From positions 1 to 61,914 of the forward strand of contig CADAMI010000001.1 in assembly GCA_902788975.1 (NCBI GenBank): a stretch of DNA of 61,914 bases, given 5' to 3'. This stretch comes from an uncultured Erysipelotrichaceae bacterium (GTDB taxonomy: Bacteria > Bacillota_I > Bacilli_A > RF39 > UBA660). The translations under genes and the position numbers were made by a program. The notes under the pieces were generated by a model. The model saw only the letters and a program-made list of their open reading frames with translations. It had not been told where the DNA came from and ran no database searches. Of this stretch, positions 6,866-14,612 are shown one piece after another. Position 1 is the stretch's first letter; each line of letters begins with the position of its first letter.

Positions 6866-8881
6866 TTAATCAAACTCCTTATGTCTATATCTATCTTTAA
6901 ATTCTTGTAATTTTCCATCATTAAACGTATCTACACCTAAATAATATCCAGTTATTCTGTCATAAAACCTTAAATTAGTACTATTACATATAGGGCAAAC
7001 AGTTAATTTATCATTAATTGTAAAATTACAATCTTTGCAATATGTAAAAACTTTTGAATATGCGAAAAATATAGGATTAGCATATGCTAAAATTTTTTTA
7101 TTTAAATTCCATATCGCTTCTGGGTCTGACCATACTTCACCACTCCAAATATGTAATATATCACCACCAAGACTCAAATGAGCAAATTTACCAGCATTAC
7201 GAATATGTGAAATCCATTTACCATCATAACTAACTGGTATATGATGACTATTAGTTAAATAAGGTTTATCTTTAGTACCTTGAACTTTACAATTAGGATA
7301 TTTTCTTTTATTAATTTTAGCAAATCTAAATGCTGTAGATTCAGCTGGACTTGCTATTACAGACCATCTTAATCCATCTCTTTTATTAAATTCTTCTTTC
7401 TTCTTATTAATAAATTCTATTATTTCCACACCAAGTTCTTCAGTATCTTCATAAGTAATATTTAAACCTATTAACGCTTCTAAAGCTTCATTTAAACCAC
7501 AATAACCCAAAGTAATTGTAGTTCTATCAATATCCCATAATGGTTCACCAGTATCTTTATCGGTCTGTAAAAGGAAATCTGACATATGTTTATTATAAAC
7601 AACATCTATAACAACATCTCTACGATGTATTAAACTTTTATAACAAATTTCACATATTTCATCTAATTTTTTAAAAAATTCACCTACATCACCTTTACTA
7701 TCTAATGCTATTAATGGTAAATTAATAGTATTATACATAAAATTACCAGTATTGCAGCAATCTTTAAAATAATCAAAAGCATAATTCATAGGTAAACTAC
7801 TTCTACACCCCATAGTAGAACGTTCCATATCTATACAATTATTATAATAAATTGTAGGATTATTAGCACCTAATTCGTGAAGCATTTTACAAGTGCCATC
7901 ATATTCTTCTATATCACCTTTACGAATATTGAACAAAATATTCGGAAAACGATGATAAGCACCTTCACCATCTTTTTCATTACTTATTTCACATACAGCT
8001 CTAAAAATAAGGTCTGCTTCATCTTGATAATCTTTATAAGTACCAATAGGTATTCCACCAAAACTAATTGCTGGTTCATCTGCTAAAACATCTGGGCAAC
8101 TTAAATCTAAAGCAATACTACTAAATAATACTTGACCACCCCTACAAATTAAACTCATATTACAATTAAATATAAAACCTTGAATTGCTTGTTTAATCTC
8201 CTTATAAGTTCTACCTTTACAAAATGGACTTAAAAGTGTATTAAAGTTCACATAACCTTGCCCACCAGAAAATACGGTAGCTCCTGCCATCCAAGCTTGT
8301 AACATATGATTTAAAAGGACTTCAAGTGATTTGGCTGGTTTTGCGACAGAACCCATATCACCTTTACCATCAATTTTTAAACCATTACGAGCGAAAAATC
8401 TCAAATCGTAATTCATACAATTAGGTCTAGTCATATAATATTCTAAATCGTGAATATGAATATAACCTTCTTTATGAGCTGTAGCACATTCTTTAGGCAT
8501 TACCATCAAAGCATATTCTTTTGCTATTGAATCATAAGCATATTTTGCAATCATTTCTGGAGAATAACCAATATTAGCATTATCTTTACAACCATTTTGA
8601 AGTAATTCTTCAAAATCGGATTTAGATAAACCTAATTTTCTACTATCTTCTTCAGCAGCTAATAATCCACGTTTAATCATCTGACTATTAATTAATGCTC
8701 TAATTGTAGCTGTAGAAATTTCATTCTCTTCTCCAGTAAATTGCCTTTTTATACCCCTACAAACTGAATCAGTAATCAATTGTGCTTCATTTTCATCTAA
8801 TCCAGTTTCTCTCATAATTTTATTTTTAATACGTAAAGGTTTAAAGGGTTCGATTTCACCATTAATATTTACTACATTCAT
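6866..8881 (-). CDS. nrdD: Anaerobic (class III) ribonucleoside-triphosphate reductase
   Basis: TMGCRSSLP. C-terminal CKDC...CPIC zinc site and glycyl-radical motif DRITGYY. Start moved to ATG 8881 behind AGGTGG. Confidence 0.9.
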   Translation of the reverse strand: MNVVNINGEIEPFKPLRIKNKIMRETGLDENEAQLITDSVCRGIKRQFTGEENEISTATIRALINSQMIKRGLLAAEEDSRKLGLSKSDFEELLQNGCKDNANIGYSPEMIAKYAYDSIAKEYALMVMPKECATAHKEGYIHIHDLEYYMTRPNCMNYDLRFFARNGLKIDGKGDMGSVAKPAKSLEVLLNHMLQAWMAGATVFSGGQGYVNFNTLLSPFCKGRTYKEIKQAIQGFIFNCNMSLICRGGQVLFSSIALDLSCPDVLADEPAISFGGIPIGTYKDYQDEADLIFRAVCEISNEKDGEGAYHRFPNILFNIRKGDIEEYDGTCKMLHELGANNPTIYYNNCIDMERSTMGCRSSLPMNYAFDYFKDCCNTGNFMYNTINLPLIALDSKGDVGEFFKKLDEICEICYKSLIHRRDVVIDVVYNKHMSDFLLQTDKDTGEPLWDIDRTTITLGYCGLNEALEALIGLNITYEDTEELGVEIIEFINKKKEEFNKRDGLRWSVIASPAESTAFRFAKINKRKYPNCKVQGTKDKPYLTNSHHIPVSYDGKWISHIRNAGKFAHLSLGGDILHIWSGEVWSDPEAIWNLNKKILAYANPIFFAYSKVFTYCKDCNFTINDKLTVCPICNSTNLRFYDRITGYYLGVDTFNDGKLQEFKDRYRHKEFD

Positions 8882-9069
8882 TTTTTCCACCTACCTTTTT
8901 TATATCTTCTTCTTGCTCTTTTAAGGGTGTCTAATTCAATTTTTTCAGCAAATGTTAATATACCTTGTTTTTTCTTTTCTTCTAATCTATTAATATTTAA
9001 ATTTCTATAAAACTTATCATTATCCATTTGCCAACGTTTTCGCCTTTTGTAATACCTTTTTTTACTCAT
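8878..9069 (-). CDS. Small, very basic protein (K/R-rich)
   Basis: MSKKRYYKRRKRW...RRRYKKGRWKK. ATGA-coupled to nrdD. Confidence 0.6.
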   Translation of the reverse strand: MSKKRYYKRRKRWQMDNDKFYRNLNINRLEEKKKQGILTFAEKIELDTLKRARRRYKKGRWKK

Positions 9070-9070
9070 T

Positions 9071-9304
9071 TTAATCAACTAACCAAATAATATACATACC
9101 TTCTCTTAAACAATAAAGCATTAATATTTCGTGTTCTTTAATATTTTCTTTAGCTTCAATAATATGTCTATTTTCTTTAATAATATCATTACTAATAGCT
9201 GTAATTAATCTATCATTATCGTGTTCACCTAACTTAGAAGCATTATCGAAAAGAATATCGTAATCATCAATACTTAAGATTAAAATATTATTAGTCTTTT
9301 TCAT
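9071..9304 (-). CDS. Hypothetical protein
   Basis: ORF-track 9071-9376 has a hydrophobic out-of-context extension. ATG 9304 (MKKTNNIL...) overlaps the end of the dcd-like gene. Confidence 0.55.
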   Translation of the reverse strand: MKKTNNILILSIDDYDILFDNASKLGEHDNDRLITAISNDIIKENRHIIEAKENIKEHEILMLYCLREGMYIIWLVD

Positions 9305-9800
9305 TATAATCACCATCATATAATGTACCATTTTTAACTTCAAAACTAACACAAGTAGCAATCCTTTCATTAGCACTAATAAAAAATGGATTTAAACTAT
9401 TATTAGTTATTAAAAATTGTAAATGTCCTATAAAACCACTATCACCTAATGCAGTATCTAATGAAACACCACATCGTAATAAAGTGCTTCTAGGTAAATA
9501 AAATTGTGCGATATTTTTAGGTATTTCCATTTTACCATCTTCTTTATTACCTTTAACAAAAGCAATATAAGAAGTTTTAGGTTGTAAAACATAACCACTT
9601 CTACCATACAATTCTTCCATTTTAATTTCTTTAGGTTTAGGTATTAATTTAGTTGAACCAAAAATACCAACAAAACCTTCATCTAAAGCTAATGGTATTT
9701 CACAAATCTTATCTAATCTTAAATCTAAACTATTAGGTTGATAATCATCTCTATCAAGATTAGGATAGAGAAATTTAATATCTTTAAATCCCATAATCAT
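9291..9800 (-). CDS. dcd: dCTP deaminase/dUTPase-family protein
   Basis: PRSTLLRCGVSLDTALGDSGFIGHLQFLITN matches the dCTP deaminase/dUTPase signature region. Confidence 0.75.
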   Translation of the reverse strand: MIMGFKDIKFLYPNLDRDDYQPNSLDLRLDKICEIPLALDEGFVGIFGSTKLIPKPKEIKMEELYGRSGYVLQPKTSYIAFVKGNKEDGKMEIPKNIAQFYLPRSTLLRCGVSLDTALGDSGFIGHLQFLITNNSLNPFFISANERIATCVSFEVKNGTLYDGDYNEKD

Positions 9801-9811
9801 ACTATCACCAT

Positions 9812-10237
9812 CTATTCATCTTTATTAAAAACTTTAACAAAATTACCATTAAGTTCTCTTTCTAATTCATATTCTTCTAAATTAAGTAATCTAGAATAAA
9901 TTTTATTATACATTTTTAATTGTCTTTCATCTACACCATAGCGATGTCTATATTCTGATAAATCAATTTCCAAATCTCTTTTTTGTAGATATAATTCTCT
10001 ATAATCTGGAATACTCATAATATACATTTCTCTTTCTTCTTTATTGTTACAACCTACAGCTTTAAAATCAGTATTTAATCTAATTTCTATTTCAGCTAAT
10101 TGTAACTGTTCTTGAGTTTTCATAATTTCAGTACCAGTTTTAGTAATTAAATCGCTAGTAATTTCCATACTTTTTAATGTTTCTTCAATCTTTTTTTCTA
10201 ATTCGTTTATTTCTTCTCTTAAATTTTCATTCAACAT
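9812..10237 (-). CDS. Hypothetical coiled-coil protein
   Basis: 141-aa ORF, heptad-rich. Confidence 0.65.
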   Translation of the reverse strand: MLNENLREEINELEKKIEETLKSMEITSDLITKTGTEIMKTQEQLQLAEIEIRLNTDFKAVGCNNKEEREMYIMSIPDYRELYLQKRDLEIDLSEYRHRYGVDERQLKMYNKIYSRLLNLEEYELERELNGNFVKVFNKDE

Positions 10238-10248
10238 TTTATCACTCC

Positions 10249-11388
10249 TTAATTTAAATAATCTCTAATCCCATCGATTAAATCAGAGAAATTATCTACT
10301 AATCCATCGATGGGTGCATTAATATTATTTAAATAATCTTTTTTATCAGATTCTTCATAAATAGTAATGCTTTTAGTATCTTCTTTAGGTGGAAATAAAT
10401 CAGCTAAAGAAGTCAAATTTTCATAATCCAATAATTCTAAATCGGATTCTTCTTCATATAATGAACCTAATGTTCCATTATAATCTTCTAATAATTCTTC
10501 AACATCATAATGTTTATAGAATACATCATCATCGCAATATGTGTATTCATCATATTTTGTTTCAGAATTACGTTCTACTATATCATTATCTAAGATATAG
10601 TTTAATGCCACGTTTAAAGCTTCATTTGGGGTAAGTTTATCATACCATAAGCAGTCATAATAAACTTCTACAGTATCATAACCGTACTCTTTTTCGAGCC
10701 AGTCAGCATACCATTCTTCGTTTTCCCAACCAGCTTTATCATCATCGCATTTATCATAAAGGTCATCAAAGCCATAATAATCATAATAATCATAATCTTT
10801 GGTGCTAGATGCAGTCCAGTAATTACTATACCATCTGTGATATAAATTACTATAAAAGACTCCATTATCTTCTTCAAATTCTCCAACTAATGAAACTCCA
10901 GTAGTTTCTACTATAGCCCATTTAGCACCAGTAAGTCTGTCAATCATTTTTAAATCTTGACTGTTATCAAAATTAATGCTAGAGCCATATAAATCTTCAA
11001 TAATGTATGAAGCAGTATCATTTAATCCAGATATTAATTTTTGATTAGAAATAGTACCATTCATAAATAAAACTGGTGTATCTCCTTGATAATCTAATAA
11101 TTCCATATCATCTTTTCTATTAGATAATAAAAATGGGTGGCATTGAGCAGAAGATGTTTTTCCCCTACTAGTTATACGGAAATGTATAACTCTTTCTATA
11201 TTGGAATCATCTATAATATCTAAATTTTCTTTATAGAAATTTTTAAAAGTTTTATATCCTTTAGAATAATTAACTTTTTCATCTTTAATCCAAGCTATTC
11301 CAGCTCCATCATCATTATAATCAAAAGCATCTCTTAATTCTTCTTCTTGTATTTTTGTACCAATAGGTAAATAAATTATTACGCACAT
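10249..11388 (-). CDS. Ntn-hydrolase / class-II glutamine-amidotransferase-like protein with an acidic-aromatic C-terminal half
   Basis: Starts MC (Cys2 nucleophile). HFRITSRGKTSSAQCHPF resembles the GATase-II/YafJ motif. The last ~200 aa are extremely D/E/Y/W-rich. Confidence 0.6.
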   Translation of the reverse strand: MCVIIYLPIGTKIQEEELRDAFDYNDDGAGIAWIKDEKVNYSKGYKTFKNFYKENLDIIDDSNIERVIHFRITSRGKTSSAQCHPFLLSNRKDDMELLDYQGDTPVLFMNGTISNQKLISGLNDTASYIIEDLYGSSINFDNSQDLKMIDRLTGAKWAIVETTGVSLVGEFEEDNGVFYSNLYHRWYSNYWTASSTKDYDYYDYYGFDDLYDKCDDDKAGWENEEWYADWLEKEYGYDTVEVYYDCLWYDKLTPNEALNVALNYILDNDIVERNSETKYDEYTYCDDDVFYKHYDVEELLEDYNGTLGSLYEEESDLELLDYENLTSLADLFPPKEDTKSITIYEESDKKDYLNNINAPIDGLVDNFSDLIDGIRDYLN

Positions 11389-11419
11389 CGTATCACTTCC
11401 TTTTCATTTTTTTTCACGT

Positions 11420-11490
11420 GTACTCCACTAACTTTGAGTACTATATTAATAATTAATACCCCCAAGTAATATAAGGCATTATTGCCTTAT
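11420..11490 (-). promoter_or_regulatory. Structured ~120-nt leader of the amidotransferase-like gene (two hairpins)
   Basis: GTACTC-N10-GAGTAC at 11420-11441. Perfect ATAAGGCA-TTAT-TGCCTTAT at 11471-11490. Both lie between promoter copy P1 and ATG 11388. Confidence 0.4.
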
Positions 11491-11508
11491 ATCTAAATAT
11501 TAACTTCT

Positions 11509-11553
11509 TTCTATATATTATATATGTTTTTCATAGTATATAAAGGTTTCGGT
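11509..11553 (-). promoter_or_regulatory. Repeated BRE/TATA promoter cassette, copy P1
   Basis: Minus strand ACCGAAACCTTTATATACTATGAAAAACATATATAATATATAGAA. TTTATATA box at 11537-11544. Confidence 0.6.
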
Positions 11554-11554
11554 T

Positions 11555-11899
11555 TCAAACCCTTATTAATTTATATTTTTTATGTGTTTTATAACTTCCG
11601 TGTTTATCGTGTCCACAAACAGCACAATAATCTGCTCCACATTTTCTACAAGTAAATTCTTTTTCTGGAACACCTTTAGGATTTTCCCGTAAAGTATTAT
11701 ACTTTTTACAATGTGGGCAATAATCATAAAACTTAACGTTAAACCATTTATATTTAACTTTATTTATGTAACAAGTTCTACAACTAGGTTTCGCTTTCAT
11801 CTTAATAGTAGGTTTCTTTATTTTAGCAGCATCTACATCAGATGTTGCCGTTACAAAAGATATACCTATTATTAAGAATACTATAAATATTAAATACAT
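11555..11899 (-). CDS. Secreted or membrane-anchored Cys-rich protein (four CxxC pairs)
   Basis: N-terminal hydrophobic segment MYLIFIVFLIIGISFVTA, then CRTC, CPHC, CRKC, CAVC. Has its own promoter copy P2 and a GGAGAG RBS. Confidence 0.65.
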   Translation of the reverse strand: MYLIFIVFLIIGISFVTATSDVDAAKIKKPTIKMKAKPSCRTCYINKVKYKWFNVKFYDYCPHCKKYNTLRENPKGVPEKEFTCRKCGADYCAVCGHDKHGSYKTHKKYKLIRV

Positions 11900-11921
11900 A
11901 TATTTCTTAATAATAACACTC

Positions 11922-11966
11922 TCCTATATATTATATATGTTCTTCATAGTATATAAAGGTTTCGGT
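11922..11966 (-). promoter_or_regulatory. Promoter cassette, copy P2
   Basis: Near-identical 45-mer (one substitution). TATA at 11950-11957, about 50 nt upstream of ATG 11899. Confidence 0.6.
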
Positions 11967-11988
11967 CATATGACCTACTATGAAGAAA

Positions 11989-12237
11989 TTAAACACTAAA
12001 TATGTTTAATAATGATACTATAATGTTACCTATTTTTAAAGTTAATTCTCTACTAACACCCAAATGGATTAACTTAGTATCACTAGTTGTACTTGTATTT
12101 TTATAATACAATACACCATAATGAGTATCAATAGGTCTATCTTTTAAACAATAAGTCTCATCATAATACTCAGCTTTTATAATAAAAGCATCAATTTTTT
12201 TATTTTCTTCTAACCAAAATCTACTATAATTATTCAC
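11989..12237 (-). CDS. Hypothetical protein
   Basis: 82-aa ORF downstream of 12257-12814 in the same transcription unit. Confidence 0.55.
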   Translation of the reverse strand: MNNYSRFWLEENKKIDAFIIKAEYYDETYCLKDRPIDTHYGVLYYKNTSTTSDTKLIHLGVSRELTLKIGNIIVSLLNIFSV

Positions 12238-12256
12238 ATTTTCACCTTAAAAGAAT

Positions 12257-12814
12257 TTAATTAGAAAATCCTAAGATTTTCTGTTTTAATTCTTCATATT
12301 CATCATCAAATCTACTAACTCCAAATCTACTTTCTGTAATTTCAGATAAATAGTAATCTTCATCGATTATATCTTTATGAATAAATACTTTCAAATAATC
12401 GCTATAAATAAAATCTTTAGGATTATATGATTCTATTCCTATATATAAAGTTCCACCACCTATAATAAGAAATTTAGAATCATTAAAATCTGTGTCATCT
12501 TCCCATTTTATCCAAAGATGTTGATTTTTTTCTCCAAAGAAATTAATGTTAATAAATTCAATAATTTCTTTCTTATTTTTTAAAGCATTAGTTAAAGTAC
12601 TAATATCTTTATCTTCTAAAAATATTGCAAGATTTTTAACTAATGAATGTCTTATTGTACCATCGTGTTCTACAAATCCTATTTCATAAAGAATAGTCAT
12701 TGCTAAATAATGGTATATATTAAAAATATGGTCTTTATTATTTAAGTCTTGACCCAATCCTATTAATCTTTCTTTTTCTTCTTTATTTAAAGTTAAATTA
12801 TTTTTTAATTTCAT
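12257..12814 (-). CDS. Hypothetical protein
   Basis: 185-aa ORF behind promoter copy P3 and a GGAGAT RBS. Confidence 0.7.
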   Translation of the reverse strand: MKLKNNLTLNKEEKERLIGLGQDLNNKDHIFNIYHYLAMTILYEIGFVEHDGTIRHSLVKNLAIFLEDKDISTLTNALKNKKEIIEFININFFGEKNQHLWIKWEDDTDFNDSKFLIIGGGTLYIGIESYNPKDFIYSDYLKVFIHKDIIDEDYYLSEITESRFGVSRFDDEYEELKQKILGFSN

Positions 12815-12840
12815 TTTATCATCTCCATTATGTTATGTAT

Positions 12841-12884
12841 TTCTATATATATATATGTTTTTCATAGTATATAAAGGTTTCAGT
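12841..12884 (-). promoter_or_regulatory. Promoter cassette, copy P3
   Basis: ttctatatatatatatgtttttcatagtatataaaggtttcagt; minor variants of the consensus. Confidence 0.55.
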
Positions 12885-12890
12885 TTTAAC

Positions 12891-12980
12891 CCCCTACTTT
12901 ATATACTATACCCCCCCCCCAACCTAATATCCAACTAATGGTACTACTACTGTAGTACAAGGTTAGTTACCCTTTTACAC
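12891..12980 (-). ncRNA. Candidate small non-coding transcript downstream of orphan promoter copy P4
   Basis: No ORF between P4 and P3. Contains a nested hairpin (AACTAA..GTACTAC-TACT-GTAGTAC..TTAGTT, 12933-12968) and a C10 run (12911-12920). A plus-strand TTTATATACTAT at 12897-12908 leaves orientation open. Confidence 0.3.
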
Positions 12981-13018
12981 TATTATATATGTTTTTCATA
13001 GTATATAAAGGTTTCGGT
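12981..13018 (-). promoter_or_regulatory. Promoter cassette, copy P4 (distal end truncated, no gene behind it)
   Basis: tattatatatgtttttcatagtatataaaggtttcggt read directly. Confidence 0.5.
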
Positions 13019-13028
13019 AGTTTACTTA

Positions 13029-13418
13029 CTATGAAACTAATATTTTAAAAGAATAAGTATCTCTAATTTTTAAAAACATTTTAATAATGCTATTAATATT
13101 AGTAGGATTACTCTTAATCATAATAAACATATGATAATGGTCATCTATTTTTTCATTATTAATTATTTTCATTTCACTAAATCTTTGCTGCATATTAATA
13201 AGGTCTTGACCAGCATAACTACCAACTTCATATTCTACAATAATATAAATAATAGCATTATTAGATAATAAAAAATCATATTTATCAATAAAATAATTAA
13301 TCATATATCTCATCATTTCAGACCTACTACGAAAACCTAAAGACTCAGCAACACTATCATATTTATTTATAGTTTTTTTATCTAAAGCGTGTAATTGCAT
13401 ACTCATAGTATTACTCAT
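13029..13418 (-). CDS. Ribbon-helix-helix (CopG/Arc-like) DNA-binding protein with an extra C-terminal domain
   Basis: N-terminal ...YDSVAESLGFRSRSEMMRYMINYFI resembles the RHH pattern. Behind promoter copy P5. Confidence 0.55.
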   Translation of the reverse strand: MSNTMSMQLHALDKKTINKYDSVAESLGFRSRSEMMRYMINYFIDKYDFLLSNNAIIYIIVEYEVGSYAGQDLINMQQRFSEMKIINNEKIDDHYHMFIMIKSNPTNINSIIKMFLKIRDTYSFKILVS

Positions 13419-13430
13419 ATAATCACCTAC

Positions 13431-13475
13431 TTCTATATATTATATATGTTTTTCATAGTATATAAAGGTTTCGGT
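13431..13475 (-). promoter_or_regulatory. Promoter cassette, copy P5
   Basis: Exact consensus 45-mer. Confidence 0.6.
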
Positions 13476-13594
13476 TTTATGACCTTTTATTTTTTAAAAA
13501 TTTATGAATAAACGCTTTAGCATTAGGGTTAAGATAATGCTTTTTATGCTTTCTTAAAGATTCTAAAATCATACTTTCTTCAAAAAAACATAAA

Positions 13595-13750
13595 TCATCT
13601 TTGTTTATCTTTCTCAATAAAACCACCACATTCACAAATATTTCTACCAAAACCATCTACCTTAACTATAGGTAATAACATAACGTTACAAAAACCATCT
13701 GGATTATCGTTTTCACATACATCACATAAACAACTAAGTATATAATTCAT
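13595..13750 (-). CDS. 51-aa Cys-rich small protein (below the ORF-track cutoff)
   Basis: ATG 13750 behind AGGTG. MNYILSCLCDVCENDNPDGFCNVMLLPIVKVDGFGRNICECGGFIEKDKQR. Confidence 0.4.
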   Translation of the reverse strand: MNYILSCLCDVCENDNPDGFCNVMLLPIVKVDGFGRNICECGGFIEKDKQR

Positions 13751-13761
13751 AATATCAACAC

Positions 13762-14328
13762 CTAACATTTAAATGGTTCTGAAAAATCTCCATTTTCCAA
13801 ATATTTTTCAAAAGCTATAAGTATAGTTAAATATTCTCTAGCTTTATACAAATCTTCAATCTTATTTTTATCTTGATACCTTATTAAATATTTAATAACG
13901 TTACCTTTTAAAAAACCTAAAGTTTCAGTACTACTCATCAACCCATTAGTAAAAGCGTCTATTGGAGTCATACCATTTTTACTATAATGCTTAGGTCTAT
14001 GAATATTATTAATTCTACCTTCAGCATCTAATTTAGGTTTTTTTAAAGTTACACCAGTACAAATTTTTCCAGTCATACTTGAAACTTTTTTATATATTTC
14101 ATATTTATTATCAGATAATGCTAACCAAGCTAAGATTTTTGCATTTAAGTTATAATAAAAACCTTTCTTATCTTTAGCATATTCTTTTTCTAATTTTTCA
14201 TTTATGCTATCATAAGTTTCAGTAATTACAATTTTAGTACCATTATTATTAAATTCATAATTAACAATAATATCATCATTGACACAATCAACATTTTTAA
14301 CAACAATATTTAAATTCAGTTTTACCAT
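13762..14328 (-). CDS. DUF3310-family phage protein
   Basis: GNVIKYLIRYQDKNKIEDLYKAREYL matches the conserved core of the DUF3310 family as I remember it. Confidence 0.55.
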   Translation of the reverse strand: MVKLNLNIVVKNVDCVNDDIIVNYEFNNNGTKIVITETYDSINEKLEKEYAKDKKGFYYNLNAKILAWLALSDNKYEIYKKVSSMTGKICTGVTLKKPKLDAEGRINNIHRPKHYSKNGMTPIDAFTNGLMSSTETLGFLKGNVIKYLIRYQDKNKIEDLYKAREYLTILIAFEKYLENGDFSEPFKC

Positions 14329-14341
14329 CTCCTTTATGTAT

Positions 14342-14386
14342 TTCTATATATTATATATGTTTTTCATAGTATATAAAGGTTTCGGT
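14342..14386 (-). promoter_or_regulatory. Promoter cassette, copy P6
   Basis: Exact consensus 45-mer. Confidence 0.6.
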
Positions 14387-14564
14387 TTCAACTATCAAGA
14401 TTAATCAATTTAAAACCATCATTACCTTTAATAAAACAATAACCTTTATCTGGAGATAAAGATTTAATATTTTTAATTATTTTTTCAGTTACATATTCTT
14501 GTAATTCAATACAAGATTTTTCATCATCTATAATTTCAATCTCAATTTCAATTATATCACCTAC

Positions 14565-14609
14565 TTCTATATATTATATATGTTTTTCATAGTATATAAA
14601 GGTTTCGGT
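14565..14609 (-). promoter_or_regulatory. Promoter cassette, copy P7
   Basis: Exact consensus 45-mer. Confidence 0.6.
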
Positions 14610-14612
14610 AGT

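Noticed and set aside
14395-14560. About 55-codon open frame behind promoter copy P7 (…IEIEIEIIDDEKSCIELQEYVTEKIIKNIKSLSPDKGYCFIKGNDGFKLINLDS)
   Set aside because: It has a good AGGTGAT RBS but no ATG/GTG/TTG in frame; only ATT/ATA codons are available. It may be a real gene with a non-canonical start, but I cannot support it.
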